Of a stretch of 64,000 bases of DNA, positions 56,350 through 64,000 are shown piece after piece. The stretch covers positions 32,001 through 96,000 of the IMG/VR virus record IMGVR_UViG_3300045538_000426. One strand, given 5' to 3'. The notes beneath the pieces are model-generated. The model searched no databases, was not told the DNA's origin, and worked only from the letters and a program-made list of their open reading frames with translations. The DNA comes from a virus. The translations under genes and the position numbers were made by a program. Numbering within the stretch: the first letter of the stretch is position 1; each line of letters begins with the position of its first letter.

Positions 56350-56667
56350 TTATTGTCGGTTGAACACCAAATTCGAAAAGTGTTGATTTATCTGCGTCAG
56401 CGCGATTTGTTTTCCCGACTGAATTCCGTAGTTATAAGATTGGTCGTTGACGAATCGTAACAAATCCATCAAATTGTGAATTGGTTCTCTCAATGGGATG
56501 TAAATTCTCAATCCAAGCGCCCATACGGAATGATTCTCTGAACAATCTGGAACTTGAACGGCTCCTATGGAAAGCAAGAAATCAACCGTAGCAACATCGG
56601 CGTGTTCTCTGTGTGTGTAATGTGCCATATTACTAATTTTGTGGTGGGGGAGGGACTTCAAATCCAC
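56350..56667 (-). CDS. Hypothetical protein
   Basis: 105-aa ORF in the operon. Confidence 0.55.
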   Translation of the reverse strand: MDLKSLPHHKISNMAHYTHREHADVATVDFLLSIGAVQVPDCSENHSVWALGLRIYIPLREPIHNLMDLLRFVNDQSYNYGIQSGKQIALTQINQHFSNLVFNRQ

Positions 56668-56932
56668 TCTTACGTCTAACTGTCGGATCTACTCTAGTCC
56701 CATCTTCAAATGCAGACCTAGTTGTTTCAGACATTTTAATCAAATCGGACAATTCAATGCTGTGGTGTTTTTTGGAAAATTCCGCAATTGCTCCTAATAG
56801 GTCAGACAGTTCCATGAGTGCCATGATAGGATTGTTTGATTCCATCGCGTCTTTAAATTCCAGATACTCTTCGTCTATTTTAGTAATTTCTCCGAGTATT
56901 CCTTTAGGAATTGGTTTTGTGTGATATGGCAT
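56633..56932 (-). CDS. MazG-like all-alpha NTP pyrophosphohydrolase
   Basis: KIDEEYLEFKDA..ELSDLLGAI (EExxE...ExxD pattern). Confidence 0.6.
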   Translation of the reverse strand: MPYHTKPIPKGILGEITKIDEEYLEFKDAMESNNPIMALMELSDLLGAIAEFSKKHHSIELSDLIKMSETTRSAFEDGTRVDPTVRRKSGFEVPPPPQN

Positions 56933-57482
56933 ATTTTTCTATAACTTTTGAGAGTCTTGGTTCCGCTACACCGGTTCCATAAATCCATTCCAAGAACTCA
57001 CAACTACGAATACCATAACTCCCAAGTTCGATTTTGTCAAACATAATATCATAAGAAGGCATATCCGATGAAGACCGAGTTGGTGTTATGTATACACCTT
57101 CACCGAGTTTTGATTCAAAAAAATCAAATGCCAAAGAAATGACATAATCTAACGAATCCCCGTTTACATGGTCGGTTTTTATTAGTTCATTTTTTATGAA
57201 ATATTTCGAATGATACGCATCAAACGCATCTTCTCGGAAGCACGGTGTAATTGTTTGAAACTGTCCCTTTGGTAAGAACCCCTTGTTGTATTGATATAGG
57301 AAAGATTGTTCTCCCGAAGCAACCAACACCTTTCCCTTTTCCAATACCGTGAAATCCGGTATATCCGATGGTTTGGTTATGTCCGATATTGACTTGGTAA
57401 CTAACCACGGTGTTTCTACTCGCTTGAATCCTCTATGTTCATAGAAGCTTAATGAATCATCCAATATTTTGTAGCTTATCAT
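56904..57482 (-). CDS. Stand-alone class II aminoacyl-tRNA-synthetase-like catalytic domain
   Basis: Motif 1 GFKRVETP, SGEQSF, motif 2 CFRED..YFIKNEL, IELGSYG and motif 3 GTGVAEPRL; no anticodon-binding domain (192 aa). Confidence 0.75.
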   Translation of the reverse strand: MISYKILDDSLSFYEHRGFKRVETPWLVTKSISDITKPSDIPDFTVLEKGKVLVASGEQSFLYQYNKGFLPKGQFQTITPCFREDAFDAYHSKYFIKNELIKTDHVNGDSLDYVISLAFDFFESKLGEGVYITPTRSSSDMPSYDIMFDKIELGSYGIRSCEFLEWIYGTGVAEPRLSKVIEKYAISHKTNS

Positions 57483-57723
57483 ATTTTAGAATCAATTGAA
57501 TTTTCTCGTTCCGCGTAATTTGTTTGATTTGATATTCACGCTTCATTGCTTCCGACTTGGTATCGAATGCTTCGGAGTAAACCATAACCACTGGTCGTCT
57601 TGTTTTTGTGTATTTTGCTCCTTTGCCGTCATTGTGAGTTTTTATCCGTTTCTCAAGGTTGTTGCTGTAACCACAGTAAAACGTACCGTCCGAACACCTA
57701 ATCAAGTAACAGTAATGTTGCAT
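57457..57723 (-). CDS. GIY-YIG nuclease (UPF0213/YazA-like)
   Basis: YCYLIRCSDGTFYCGYSNNLEKR..HN.GKGAKYT..EA..RE..IK; ATG at 57723 is the likely start. Confidence 0.9.
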   Translation of the reverse strand: MQHYCYLIRCSDGTFYCGYSNNLEKRIKTHNDGKGAKYTKTRRPVVMVYSEAFDTKSEAMKREYQIKQITRNEKIQLILKYDKLQNIG

Positions 57724-57976
57724 TAAAAATAGAATCTGTGATAGAATTCCAAGTGGCCCTATCGGTTGCATTACATACATCAATTTCAGTGGAACAGAAA
57801 ATTGTATTATCATCCGGCCATTGAACGGATGAGACACATGATTTGTTGATTTTTATCATCCATTCCGATTCCGCTACCAAAACTCTTTCGTATCTTTGCT
57901 TTAATTCAATGATTTTTTCGTCTTCCACGATTGATTTAGTTATCATACGGTTTGAATGTGATTTTACCAAGTTCAT
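57698..57976 (-). CDS. Hypothetical protein
   Basis: 92-aa ORF in the operon. Confidence 0.45.
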   Translation of the reverse strand: MNLVKSHSNRMITKSIVEDEKIIELKQRYERVLVAESEWMIKINKSCVSSVQWPDDNTIFCSTEIDVCNATDRATWNSITDSIFNATLLLLD

Positions 57977-58373
57977 TTATCATGACGGATTCTCTGAAAA
58001 GACAGTCTTTGCTCATGATTGTAAATTCACATGGAGTTATATACCCATCGGAATAAAATTCTATGCCCATCACGTCATCTTCTATTATGGATAATGATAC
58101 CACCGAATCGGAGTAAACCTTTAGGAATTCATTGGTTATAGAAATTATGTGGTTTGTGATTCCGATGCTTGCATTTGCCCCCGAGGTAATCGCATTTGCT
58201 CGGTAGTGGATAATCAGCGTTTCCAAATTAGTTTTTGCAGTTTCGTATTCATGTCTAGGATTCGGAGATATATTTGAGATCATACCAACGAAAATAATCC
58301 CAATGATAAAAATAACCAACAGAACTTCGATGAGTGTATATGCGGAGGATTTACGACGCGTAAGTTTGGTCAT
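57936..58373 (-). CDS. Prepilin-type N-terminal cleavage/methylation domain protein (pseudopilin GspH/FimT-like)
   Basis: Basic leader MTKLTRRKSSA followed by YTLIEVLLVIFIIGII (class III signal peptide with Glu5). Confidence 0.8.
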   Translation of the reverse strand: MTKLTRRKSSAYTLIEVLLVIFIIGIIFVGMISNISPNPRHEYETAKTNLETLIIHYRANAITSGANASIGITNHIISITNEFLKVYSDSVVSLSIIEDDVMGIEFYSDGYITPCEFTIMSKDCLFRESVMINELGKITFKPYDN

Positions 58374-58557
58374 ATAAAGTAAATCTCCATTCCACTGAAG
58401 CCATCGTGCGGTCTGTTACTTTTCTAAGAAGTTCGGCGTCTATGTAATTTTCAGTTGAATGTTCCAATTCCTCGCTAATGTTATCATGTACGTCTATAGG
58501 AATTAAATTTGTTCTTCCGAACAACTGCTTATTGTTTTTTAAAAAGTCAGCGTTCAT
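58351..58557 (-). CDS. Hypothetical protein
   Basis: MNADFLKNN...; ATG at 58557 follows the thyA stop. Confidence 0.5.
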   Translation of the reverse strand: MNADFLKNNKQLFGRTNLIPIDVHDNISEELEHSTENYIDAELLRKVTDRTMASVEWRFTLYDQTYAS

Positions 58558-58558
58558 A

Positions 58559-59743
58559 TTAAACCGCAACGTCCGCTTTGATGGCCGATTGCGGGTTGTA
58601 ACCAATCAACTCTATGTCCTCGAATTTAGTATCAAATATAGATTTTCCCAAGGTCTTTAACTTTAACGATGGAAGTTCGCCGATGGTCCTACATAGCTGC
58701 AATTCGGCCTGTTCGACGTGATTCTCATATAAATGGAAATCGGCGATACTCGCGACCAATGTTCCGACAATCATGTTTAATTGATTGGCCACCAGATGTG
58801 TAAGTAAAGCATAAAATGCATCATTATACGGCTTTCCTAAGAAAGCGTCGTTACTACGCATGGAATAGTAGCAGTTAAGTCTATATTTGGGGATATTCAT
58901 TTGGTCACAGATTCGATACAGTGGTTCTTCGGCACACCTATGTCTCCCATCCGTAATGCCTAGGCATTTATGTAACAAAACTTCTCTTTCACTGACCGAT
59001 AACTCTTCCGTCCCGAATTGAATATAATTGTGGCAAGCAGGAAGAACAGCATCCTCTTTTCTGTTACTGTGATATGGATGCCACGACGAAATGATTATCC
59101 TACGGCTATCTGGATTTGTTTTTAATTCGTTTAGGGCAGCGGTTAGTTGATCTACATATCCAACTTCACACGATTCGCCATAACTTGTCTCATAATGAAC
59201 GTCCCACTCGGTTCCAAATGGTTGTTGGGGGTTTTTATTATTACAAAGTGGGTCCGAGTTGTCGTGACATGGAAACCGTCTCCACAAACCACCGTAAGCA
59301 AAGTTTCCTACACTTCCGAACTGATGAGCAAATTTTTCGTTTTCAACGATTCGTTTTTCAAATTCCTTTTGAGTAAACGGACGATGACTTCTAGCGCCGA
59401 TATCTACACCGTAGAATGTCCCACCTTCGGTACAAATAGCCATGCCATTATCCTCATAATACTTGAGATATGATTGATATGGCCACTCTGTCCAGAAAGT
59501 CACTCCGTTTTGAAGAAGGTAACGGATATTGGTGTCACCTGAAATCATCCACAATAGTTCGTGAACGACGCTTTTCCAGTGAATTTTTTTGGTGGTCAGT
59601 AACGGAAACCCTCGATTTAAATCGATATGGGTTTGTCTTCCCCAAACTTTGCGGGTGTTTATTCCAGTTCTATTTGAAGATTTTTTTCCATTTGATAGAA
59701 CGTCGAACAATAACTTGAAATAATCAGACTCATATTTATTCAT
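58559..59743 (-). CDS. thyA: Thymidylate synthase with insertions
   Basis: GFPLLTTKK, ELLW, SRRII, LPACH, RSND..LG.PYN and DFHLYENH. Confidence 0.92.
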   Translation of the reverse strand: MNKYESDYFKLLFDVLSNGKKSSNRTGINTRKVWGRQTHIDLNRGFPLLTTKKIHWKSVVHELLWMISGDTNIRYLLQNGVTFWTEWPYQSYLKYYEDNGMAICTEGGTFYGVDIGARSHRPFTQKEFEKRIVENEKFAHQFGSVGNFAYGGLWRRFPCHDNSDPLCNNKNPQQPFGTEWDVHYETSYGESCEVGYVDQLTAALNELKTNPDSRRIIISSWHPYHSNRKEDAVLPACHNYIQFGTEELSVSEREVLLHKCLGITDGRHRCAEEPLYRICDQMNIPKYRLNCYYSMRSNDAFLGKPYNDAFYALLTHLVANQLNMIVGTLVASIADFHLYENHVEQAELQLCRTIGELPSLKLKTLGKSIFDTKFEDIELIGYNPQSAIKADVAV

Positions 59744-59930
59744 ATTCTTCTTTAATGATATTTAAGATGTTTTGTAAATCCTCTTGATCCAGCCCGACTG
59801 AACAATAACCCACAATTGGGTATTTTCCCTTTTCAATTTCCACCGTGCATAAATGGTCTTTGTAAAGAGATGTATTATCCACAAGACTCCATTGATGTCC
59901 TCCGATATACTCCCATGTTCTATCTTTCAT
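59736..59930 (-). CDS. Hypothetical protein
   Basis: 64-aa coupled ORF. Confidence 0.5.
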   Translation of the reverse strand: MKDRTWEYIGGHQWSLVDNTSLYKDHLCTVEIEKGKYPIVGYCSVGLDQEDLQNILNIIKEEYE

Positions 59931-60129
59931 AGGCTTCTTCGGAAATTTCCTGTGTAATATCTACCGGTTTGATACCAGTGTTGTTGTCTCTAAATCTCAA
60001 AACAGTATAATATGCCAGGAACTCCTCCTTGAACGGTGGAAGAGAATCAATAAGTTCGTGTTTAACGGTATACGCCTCCGATGGTATATTATCGTAAAAC
60101 AAAAGGTAAATATAGGTTGAACGTGCCAT
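59920..60129 (-). CDS. Hypothetical protein
   Basis: 69-aa coupled ORF. Confidence 0.5.
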   Translation of the reverse strand: MARSTYIYLLFYDNIPSEAYTVKHELIDSLPPFKEEFLAYYTVLRFRDNNTGIKPVDITQEISEEAYER

Positions 60130-60167
60130 TATTATTTTACAAATTTTTGATCTTTTTTAGGACGGAT

Positions 60168-60467
60168 TCAACTTTCGTATTCATACACTACATCTTCTAT
60201 TTCAAGCCACTTTGAATTGGCTTTCTTTATTGCCGATAGTTCCACTCCCATGTGGCCAACTACCACTGCAATTTGACTTTCTATTGAATTAATCTTTTCC
60301 GTAAAATTCAAATCAAACCTCTCGTCGGATTTTTCCATTCGGTCACGGAGTTCCATTAACCTGTCGAACTCTGCTAACCAAAACCCAGTTGACGCATTCA
60401 ACATGGTATCGGATTCGCCTTGGATGATAAGATTTTCTTTAGATTTTTTTGTAAGTTTCTTTTTCAT
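60168..60467 (-). CDS. Hypothetical coiled-coil protein
   Basis: 99-aa ORF with ATGA overlap. Confidence 0.55.
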   Translation of the reverse strand: MKKKLTKKSKENLIIQGESDTMLNASTGFWLAEFDRLMELRDRMEKSDERFDLNFTEKINSIESQIAVVVGHMGVELSAIKKANSKWLEIEDVVYEYES

Positions 60468-60937
60468 TCGGTGAAGTATTCTCTAACGGTGTTTTCTAGG
60501 ATTTTACGAAGTTGTGGAGGAATGTTGTATTTTTGGGAATTTATGTCGATGGATTTTCTTATGTTACCGTCTTTATTTCTCATAGTGGCTGCTTTCCAGT
60601 CAGCCAACATTTCTAAAACATCTACCAACGTCATGTCTTCCACGCCGTTCGGCCAGTGTTCGGGGTGATGACGATTTTTTGCATAATGGTGAGTTATAGC
60701 TGGTCGGACCTCATCTAATAACTTCTTGTATTCCTCACTGCCATAGACGGTTGCACCTAGTTTGTGGGTATTAGCCGCGAAAATACTAAGTTCAGGTTCC
60801 TCGAATTTTGAGTTGTCGTGATTTTCTCCCCTTTTGATTAAATCAACGACAAATAGATTTAAGTTTCCTTGGACGGTTCTTACGTGTTTGTGAGTTTCGG
60901 CTAGACAGTGGCTCACTTCTTGTTCGGTAACGTTCAT
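60464..60937 (-). CDS. DUF5662 family HD-like protein (copy 2)
   Basis: HDNSKFEEPE, HHY.KNRHHPEHW and MTLVDVLEMLADW. Confidence 0.8.
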   Translation of the reverse strand: MNVTEQEVSHCLAETHKHVRTVQGNLNLFVVDLIKRGENHDNSKFEEPELSIFAANTHKLGATVYGSEEYKKLLDEVRPAITHHYAKNRHHPEHWPNGVEDMTLVDVLEMLADWKAATMRNKDGNIRKSIDINSQKYNIPPQLRKILENTVREYFTE

Positions 60938-60944
60938 GTCAACG

Positions 60945-60973
60945 ACTGTATTTCACAACTCGGTGTCCGTCAA
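60945..60973 (-). promoter_or_regulatory. sigma70-like promoter
   Basis: TTGACG-N17-TACAGT on the - strand. Confidence 0.5.
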
Positions 60974-60979
60974 ATTCTT

Positions 60980-61117
60980 TTACAAGTTCTTGATTCGGCA
61001 GTAGATGTTCAGAGTTAGTTCTCTAAACCATTTAAAATCTTCTTTTATAGGGGACCAAGGAAGCTTACCGGCGAGTCCAATCGTTCTACCCTCCGACATT
61101 GCTGCTACGGCTATCAC
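60980..61117 (-). pseudogene. folA: Truncated dihydrofolate reductase (N-terminal 45 aa only)
   Basis: Manual translation from GTG: MIAVAAMSEGRTIGLAGKLPWSPIKEDFKWFRELTLNIYCRIKNL*. It matches the DHFR N-terminus and stops before the IMGRKT motif. Confidence 0.75.
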
Positions 61118-61266
61118 TCGACCAAAACCATTCTCTTAGATACGCCGTTTAACCCATATGCGTAATTAATCGTGATTACTTCTTCTAGGCTGAGTGTGTA
61201 TACGGTGGAGTCAATTCTCTCGCCTGTGCTAGTGTTCACCAACTTATATGTTTGATATGTTTTCAT
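61114..61266 (-). CDS. 50-aa hypothetical protein (below the ORF-track cutoff)
   Basis: MKTYQTYKLVNTSTGERIDSTVYTLSLEEVITINYAYGLNGVSKRMVLVE; coupled on both sides. Confidence 0.55.
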   Translation of the reverse strand: MKTYQTYKLVNTSTGERIDSTVYTLSLEEVITINYAYGLNGVSKRMVLVE

Positions 61267-61664
61267 GTTGTTTTAATTGTCAATACTCTATAGACCGACT
61301 CGAATCCGTTTTTGTCCGAGATTTTCACCACTAAGTCTTTTTCGGGAGAGAAATAATGGCTAACAAATTTGAAGTCGGAACTTTTTTCACCCAACGAGGA
61401 TTTCAGAGAACGGTGGATTAGTTCACAAAATTCCGATTCGGTAAGTTCCTTCTTTTTCAATACGGTTTCCCGGATTTCGTATTTTTGTTTGACTGATTTG
61501 ATGAAATCATTAGTTTTCTTGTCGTTTCTAAACAAATTCTCACGCAAAAACGAGAATACACATTCCTCGTTATTGGATTTCGTCACTAACTCAAGCCGTG
61601 GATTCTTTTTGATATCGGACTCAAGTTCAATGACAATTTTCTCTAAAAGTTCAGTTAGTTCCAT
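61263..61664 (-). CDS. Hypothetical protein
   Basis: MELTELLEK... from ATG 61664; the track's TTG start at 61700 is the -35 box. Confidence 0.6.
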   Translation of the reverse strand: MELTELLEKIVIELESDIKKNPRLELVTKSNNEECVFSFLRENLFRNDKKTNDFIKSVKQKYEIRETVLKKKELTESEFCELIHRSLKSSLGEKSSDFKFVSHYFSPEKDLVVKISDKNGFESVYRVLTIKTT

Positions 61665-61672
61665 ATGTTTTA

Positions 61673-61700
61673 ATAGTATCACCAAAATCAGGACTGTCAA
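61673..61700 (-). promoter_or_regulatory. sigma70-like promoter
   Basis: TTGACA-N16-TACTAT on the - strand. Confidence 0.6.
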
Positions 61701-61716
61701 TTAAGTAATTATACAA

Positions 61717-62307
61717 TCAATCCCAAAGTGCTAAAAAGTGACGTCCGAACAAATCAAATCCCTCTTGAACCCGTTTGCTATGTTCTTCACATGGAGTCCA
61801 GTCAATCCGACGGTCATCGGCGGGTTTATATCCAATGGAATGTTCGTCGACGGAGACGACCAACTGACGACTATCATAATTCTCGGGATAAATAGGGTCA
61901 GGTTCGTTGTCGAAGTTTTCCATAGACCAGATGATTTTATCCAAAACTTCTTCCCAACGTTGGCTTCCCGTTTTTACAACGGCGACGTCTTTAATGAAAT
62001 CAAAATAGAGTTGGTCCGTTGTATTCAACTCGTCGGCCTCTTCCATAAATGAAATCGGATAACCACTCAAATTATTTCTCATTTGTTTTAACCTGGGCAA
62101 ACTCCACTTTGCACAATGACTGTGGAAATCAAATGATTCTTCGGATGGGAAACCATCCCGAATTCTTTGCCCCTGTTTTCTGAAAAAATACATCACATCC
62201 CTCGTCCACCACTTAGGTTTCATGTAGAGAAGTTCCCACCAGCGTAGAGGTTCAAAATTAAATCCCCAGTGTTTTACTACGTCGCCTACTTTTAGTTCTT
62301 GTTTCAT
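61717..62307 (-). CDS. Hypothetical phage protein
   Basis: 196 aa with W..LDKIIWS..QEGFDLFGRHF..LWD. Confidence 0.65.
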   Translation of the reverse strand: MKQELKVGDVVKHWGFNFEPLRWWELLYMKPKWWTRDVMYFFRKQGQRIRDGFPSEESFDFHSHCAKWSLPRLKQMRNNLSGYPISFMEEADELNTTDQLYFDFIKDVAVVKTGSQRWEEVLDKIIWSMENFDNEPDPIYPENYDSRQLVVSVDEHSIGYKPADDRRIDWTPCEEHSKRVQEGFDLFGRHFLALWD

Positions 62308-62675
62308 AGATTATACTTTATACCATTCAATTTATAAAAATTGAGTTCGTCTTTTTCTGCAACATAACCATCCGAAGAATAGTCAAATTCACAACATGGA
62401 AATTGTCTACCGGATTCATCAGTCAGACACCAACTATGGGGTTCTTCTAACCATTTCCATCCAACTCCATCGTTGGTTGGTGGGAATTCACCGAAACCGT
62501 TTCCAATTCCCGCGGGGGAATCCGGAGTGTGTTCGTGATTACATGTACATCCTCTTGGAACGCAATCGTCACAGAAATAAGGATATACGATGTTTTTTGA
62601 ACTGGGCATGTAACACCACTTAGCCGATGTATGTTTTTCACAATCACATTTAAATCGATGATACATAATACTCAT
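62304..62675 (-). CDS. Cys-rich (putative Zn-binding) protein
   Basis: CDC..CYMP..CDDCVPRGCTC..PCCE. Confidence 0.6.
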   Translation of the reverse strand: MSIMYHRFKCDCEKHTSAKWCYMPSSKNIVYPYFCDDCVPRGCTCNHEHTPDSPAGIGNGFGEFPPTNDGVGWKWLEEPHSWCLTDESGRQFPCCEFDYSSDGYVAEKDELNFYKLNGIKYNL

Positions 62676-63148
62676 TTAAAAGAGATGTATTTCAACTCTT
62701 CCTTGGTTAGTTTCGATTCTATTATTCTGTGGAATTTTTCTTTTCTTTTCTCAAGTTCGATTCGTTTCAATTTCTTGTCTAACTTGACCGTCACCAGTTC
62801 TTCATTATAGTCGTCAACTGACTTTTTGAACTCATCTTCAAAATCTTCCCATAACCATCTAGTAGGAAATGAGTTATTACATCCATAAGGTTCCGGCAAA
62901 AACGCATACTCCCCACCCACCGTTATTTCCTTCTTATATTCATCTAAATCAAATTTGCCTTCAGATGCATCACCCTCGTAACCACAGTTTCCATAATCAA
63001 ACCAACCTTTTTTGGTAACATCGGGAATGATGGTCAATACAATTTCACCGAATCGTTCATCGATTTTTGATAAAATTTCATTGTATTTTCTAATAGTTGT
63101 CTTTGGGTTATATAAAGACTCGAATTCTTTTTTAGTTATTTTGCTCAT
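62672..63148 (-). CDS. Hypothetical protein
   Basis: 158-aa coupled ORF. Confidence 0.6.
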   Translation of the reverse strand: MSKITKKEFESLYNPKTTIRKYNEILSKIDERFGEIVLTIIPDVTKKGWFDYGNCGYEGDASEGKFDLDEYKKEITVGGEYAFLPEPYGCNNSFPTRWLWEDFEDEFKKSVDDYNEELVTVKLDKKLKRIELEKRKEKFHRIIESKLTKEELKYISFK

Positions 63149-63558
63149 TTTTGTGAAAATTCAACGTAACCCGCTTTTTTCAACACTGACAAGGCTTTCG
63201 CTGGACTTTTGTCCACTATCCGAAGTCCCCGTTTATCTCTTTTAGCGGTAGGTGAGTGATATTCATAGACGCTTTCACAAGTCTCCACGAAATTATCTGG
63301 TATTAACTTTTGGAATTCTCCATATGGGATTCCCGAATTGTAATAGAAATCAAAAAACTTCCCATCTTTTACAATACCTAACATGAAGTTCGGTCCATAT
63401 GTCAAGTCTTCGTCATCAACTATTACTGCACAGGTTAGTTTCTTAGACTTAATTCGTTTTCTTATAGTATCTAAAGAATTTTCGTTCTTATGTTCGCCCC
63501 TACGAGTAAGTTCGGCCAGTAGTTGTTCCGTGGGTGTGGATTCTAAATCAGACTTCAT
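63145..63558 (-). CDS. Hypothetical protein
   Basis: 137-aa coupled ORF. Confidence 0.6.
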   Translation of the reverse strand: MKSDLESTPTEQLLAELTRRGEHKNENSLDTIRKRIKSKKLTCAVIVDDEDLTYGPNFMLGIVKDGKFFDFYYNSGIPYGEFQKLIPDNFVETCESVYEYHSPTAKRDKRGLRIVDKSPAKALSVLKKAGYVEFSQK

Positions 63559-64000
63559 AAATATCCCCGTTAATCATAGTTTTTACTCCCAATTTTCCAG
63601 AAAATATTCTGACGTTTACATGTGATTCGTATATCATAATATCACTTCGTTGACCGCTTTCCGTCCATTTGTCTCGTGTAATTCCCACCGATACATCGTG
63701 TTCCCATCCTTCGTGTAGAACAATCTCCTTTATTCCTGATTGGATTATAGCACGAGTACAATCGCTGCATGGAAGTCCTTGTGTGTATAACACGGTTCCT
63801 AATGTAGAAATTCCGTTGCGGGCACAATGAAAGATGCAATTACGTTCTGCGTGTTCTGACCAGAAGTATTTCTCTGGCCTTTCATGACGTTCAGGTATAT
63901 CGTCAATTATTCCTCGACAGAACCCATTATACCCTTCGCTTATAACTGAATTGTCCCTCACCAATACTGCTCCGACTTTTGTCTTCTTGTCTTTGCTCTT
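63548..64000 (-). CDS. dCMP deaminase (ComEB family), 5'-truncated by the window edge
   Basis: KSKD..TKVGAV, GYNG, HAERN and PCSDC zinc motifs. Confidence 0.92.
   Translation of the reverse strand, partial: KSKDKKTKVGAVLVRDNSVISEGYNGFCRGIIDDIPERHERPEKYFWSEHAERNCIFHCARNGISTLGTVLYTQGLPCSDCTRAIIQSGIKEIVLHEGWEHDVSVGITRDKWTESGQRSDIMIYESHVNVRIFSGKLGVKTMINGDIYEV

Noticed and set aside
58559-59743. dCMP hydroxymethylase (T4 gp42-like)
   Set aside because: The specificity residue is Asn (PYN), not Asp, and dCMP deaminase plus dUTPase fit a dTMP pathway.
60940-61260. Apparent 320-bp intergenic gap as an ncRNA or tRNA
   Set aside because: It is filled by two short - strand ORFs (a 50-aa protein and the DHFR fragment) plus a promoter; no cloverleaf is seen.
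1-64000. Bacterial chromosome, or alternative genetic code
   Set aside because: The T4-type replisome, fibres and dense small hypothetical genes indicate a phage. Known genes are full-length under code 11 with normal TAA/TAG/TGA stops.

Overview
This 64 kb window is part of a large T4-like/jumbo tailed-phage genome (code 11, AT-rich, no obvious Shine-Dalgarno use). I found no rRNA, tRNA, CRISPR array, intron or intein. Genes run on the + strand from 1 to 46436 (one exception) and on the - strand from 46433 to 64000. In order: (1) a ~21 kb glycosylation island with about 11 glycosyltransferase-like genes, a dehydratase/aminotransferase/WbqC/PIG-L amino-sugar module, a methyltransferase, a deacetylase, a radical SAM enzyme and dUTPase, led by a DUF4338/Mom-like gene; (2) a replication module (family B polymerase, DNA methyltransferase, sliding clamp, clamp loader, Cas4-like nuclease); (3) a late block marked by a TATTTATA motif, with DUF5661 proteins, a SleB hydrolase, a spanin-like lipoprotein, a helicase and three fibre/spike proteins with a beta-helix depolymerase and 14-aa HAEG repeats; (4) a - strand block with sigma70-like promoters. 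That block holds HNH, ClpP, a PNK plus cyclic-phosphate receiver pair, a stand-alone class II aaRS-like domain with a MazG-like partner, a prepilin-like protein, thyA, a truncated DHFR and dCMP deaminase. It also holds the most striking element, an intact DUF1501 + PSCyt1/DUF1549/DUF1553 cytochrome c pair that is typical of Planctomycetota/Verrucomicrobiota and suggests a PVC host. All family calls come from motif recognition by eye; no database search was run.
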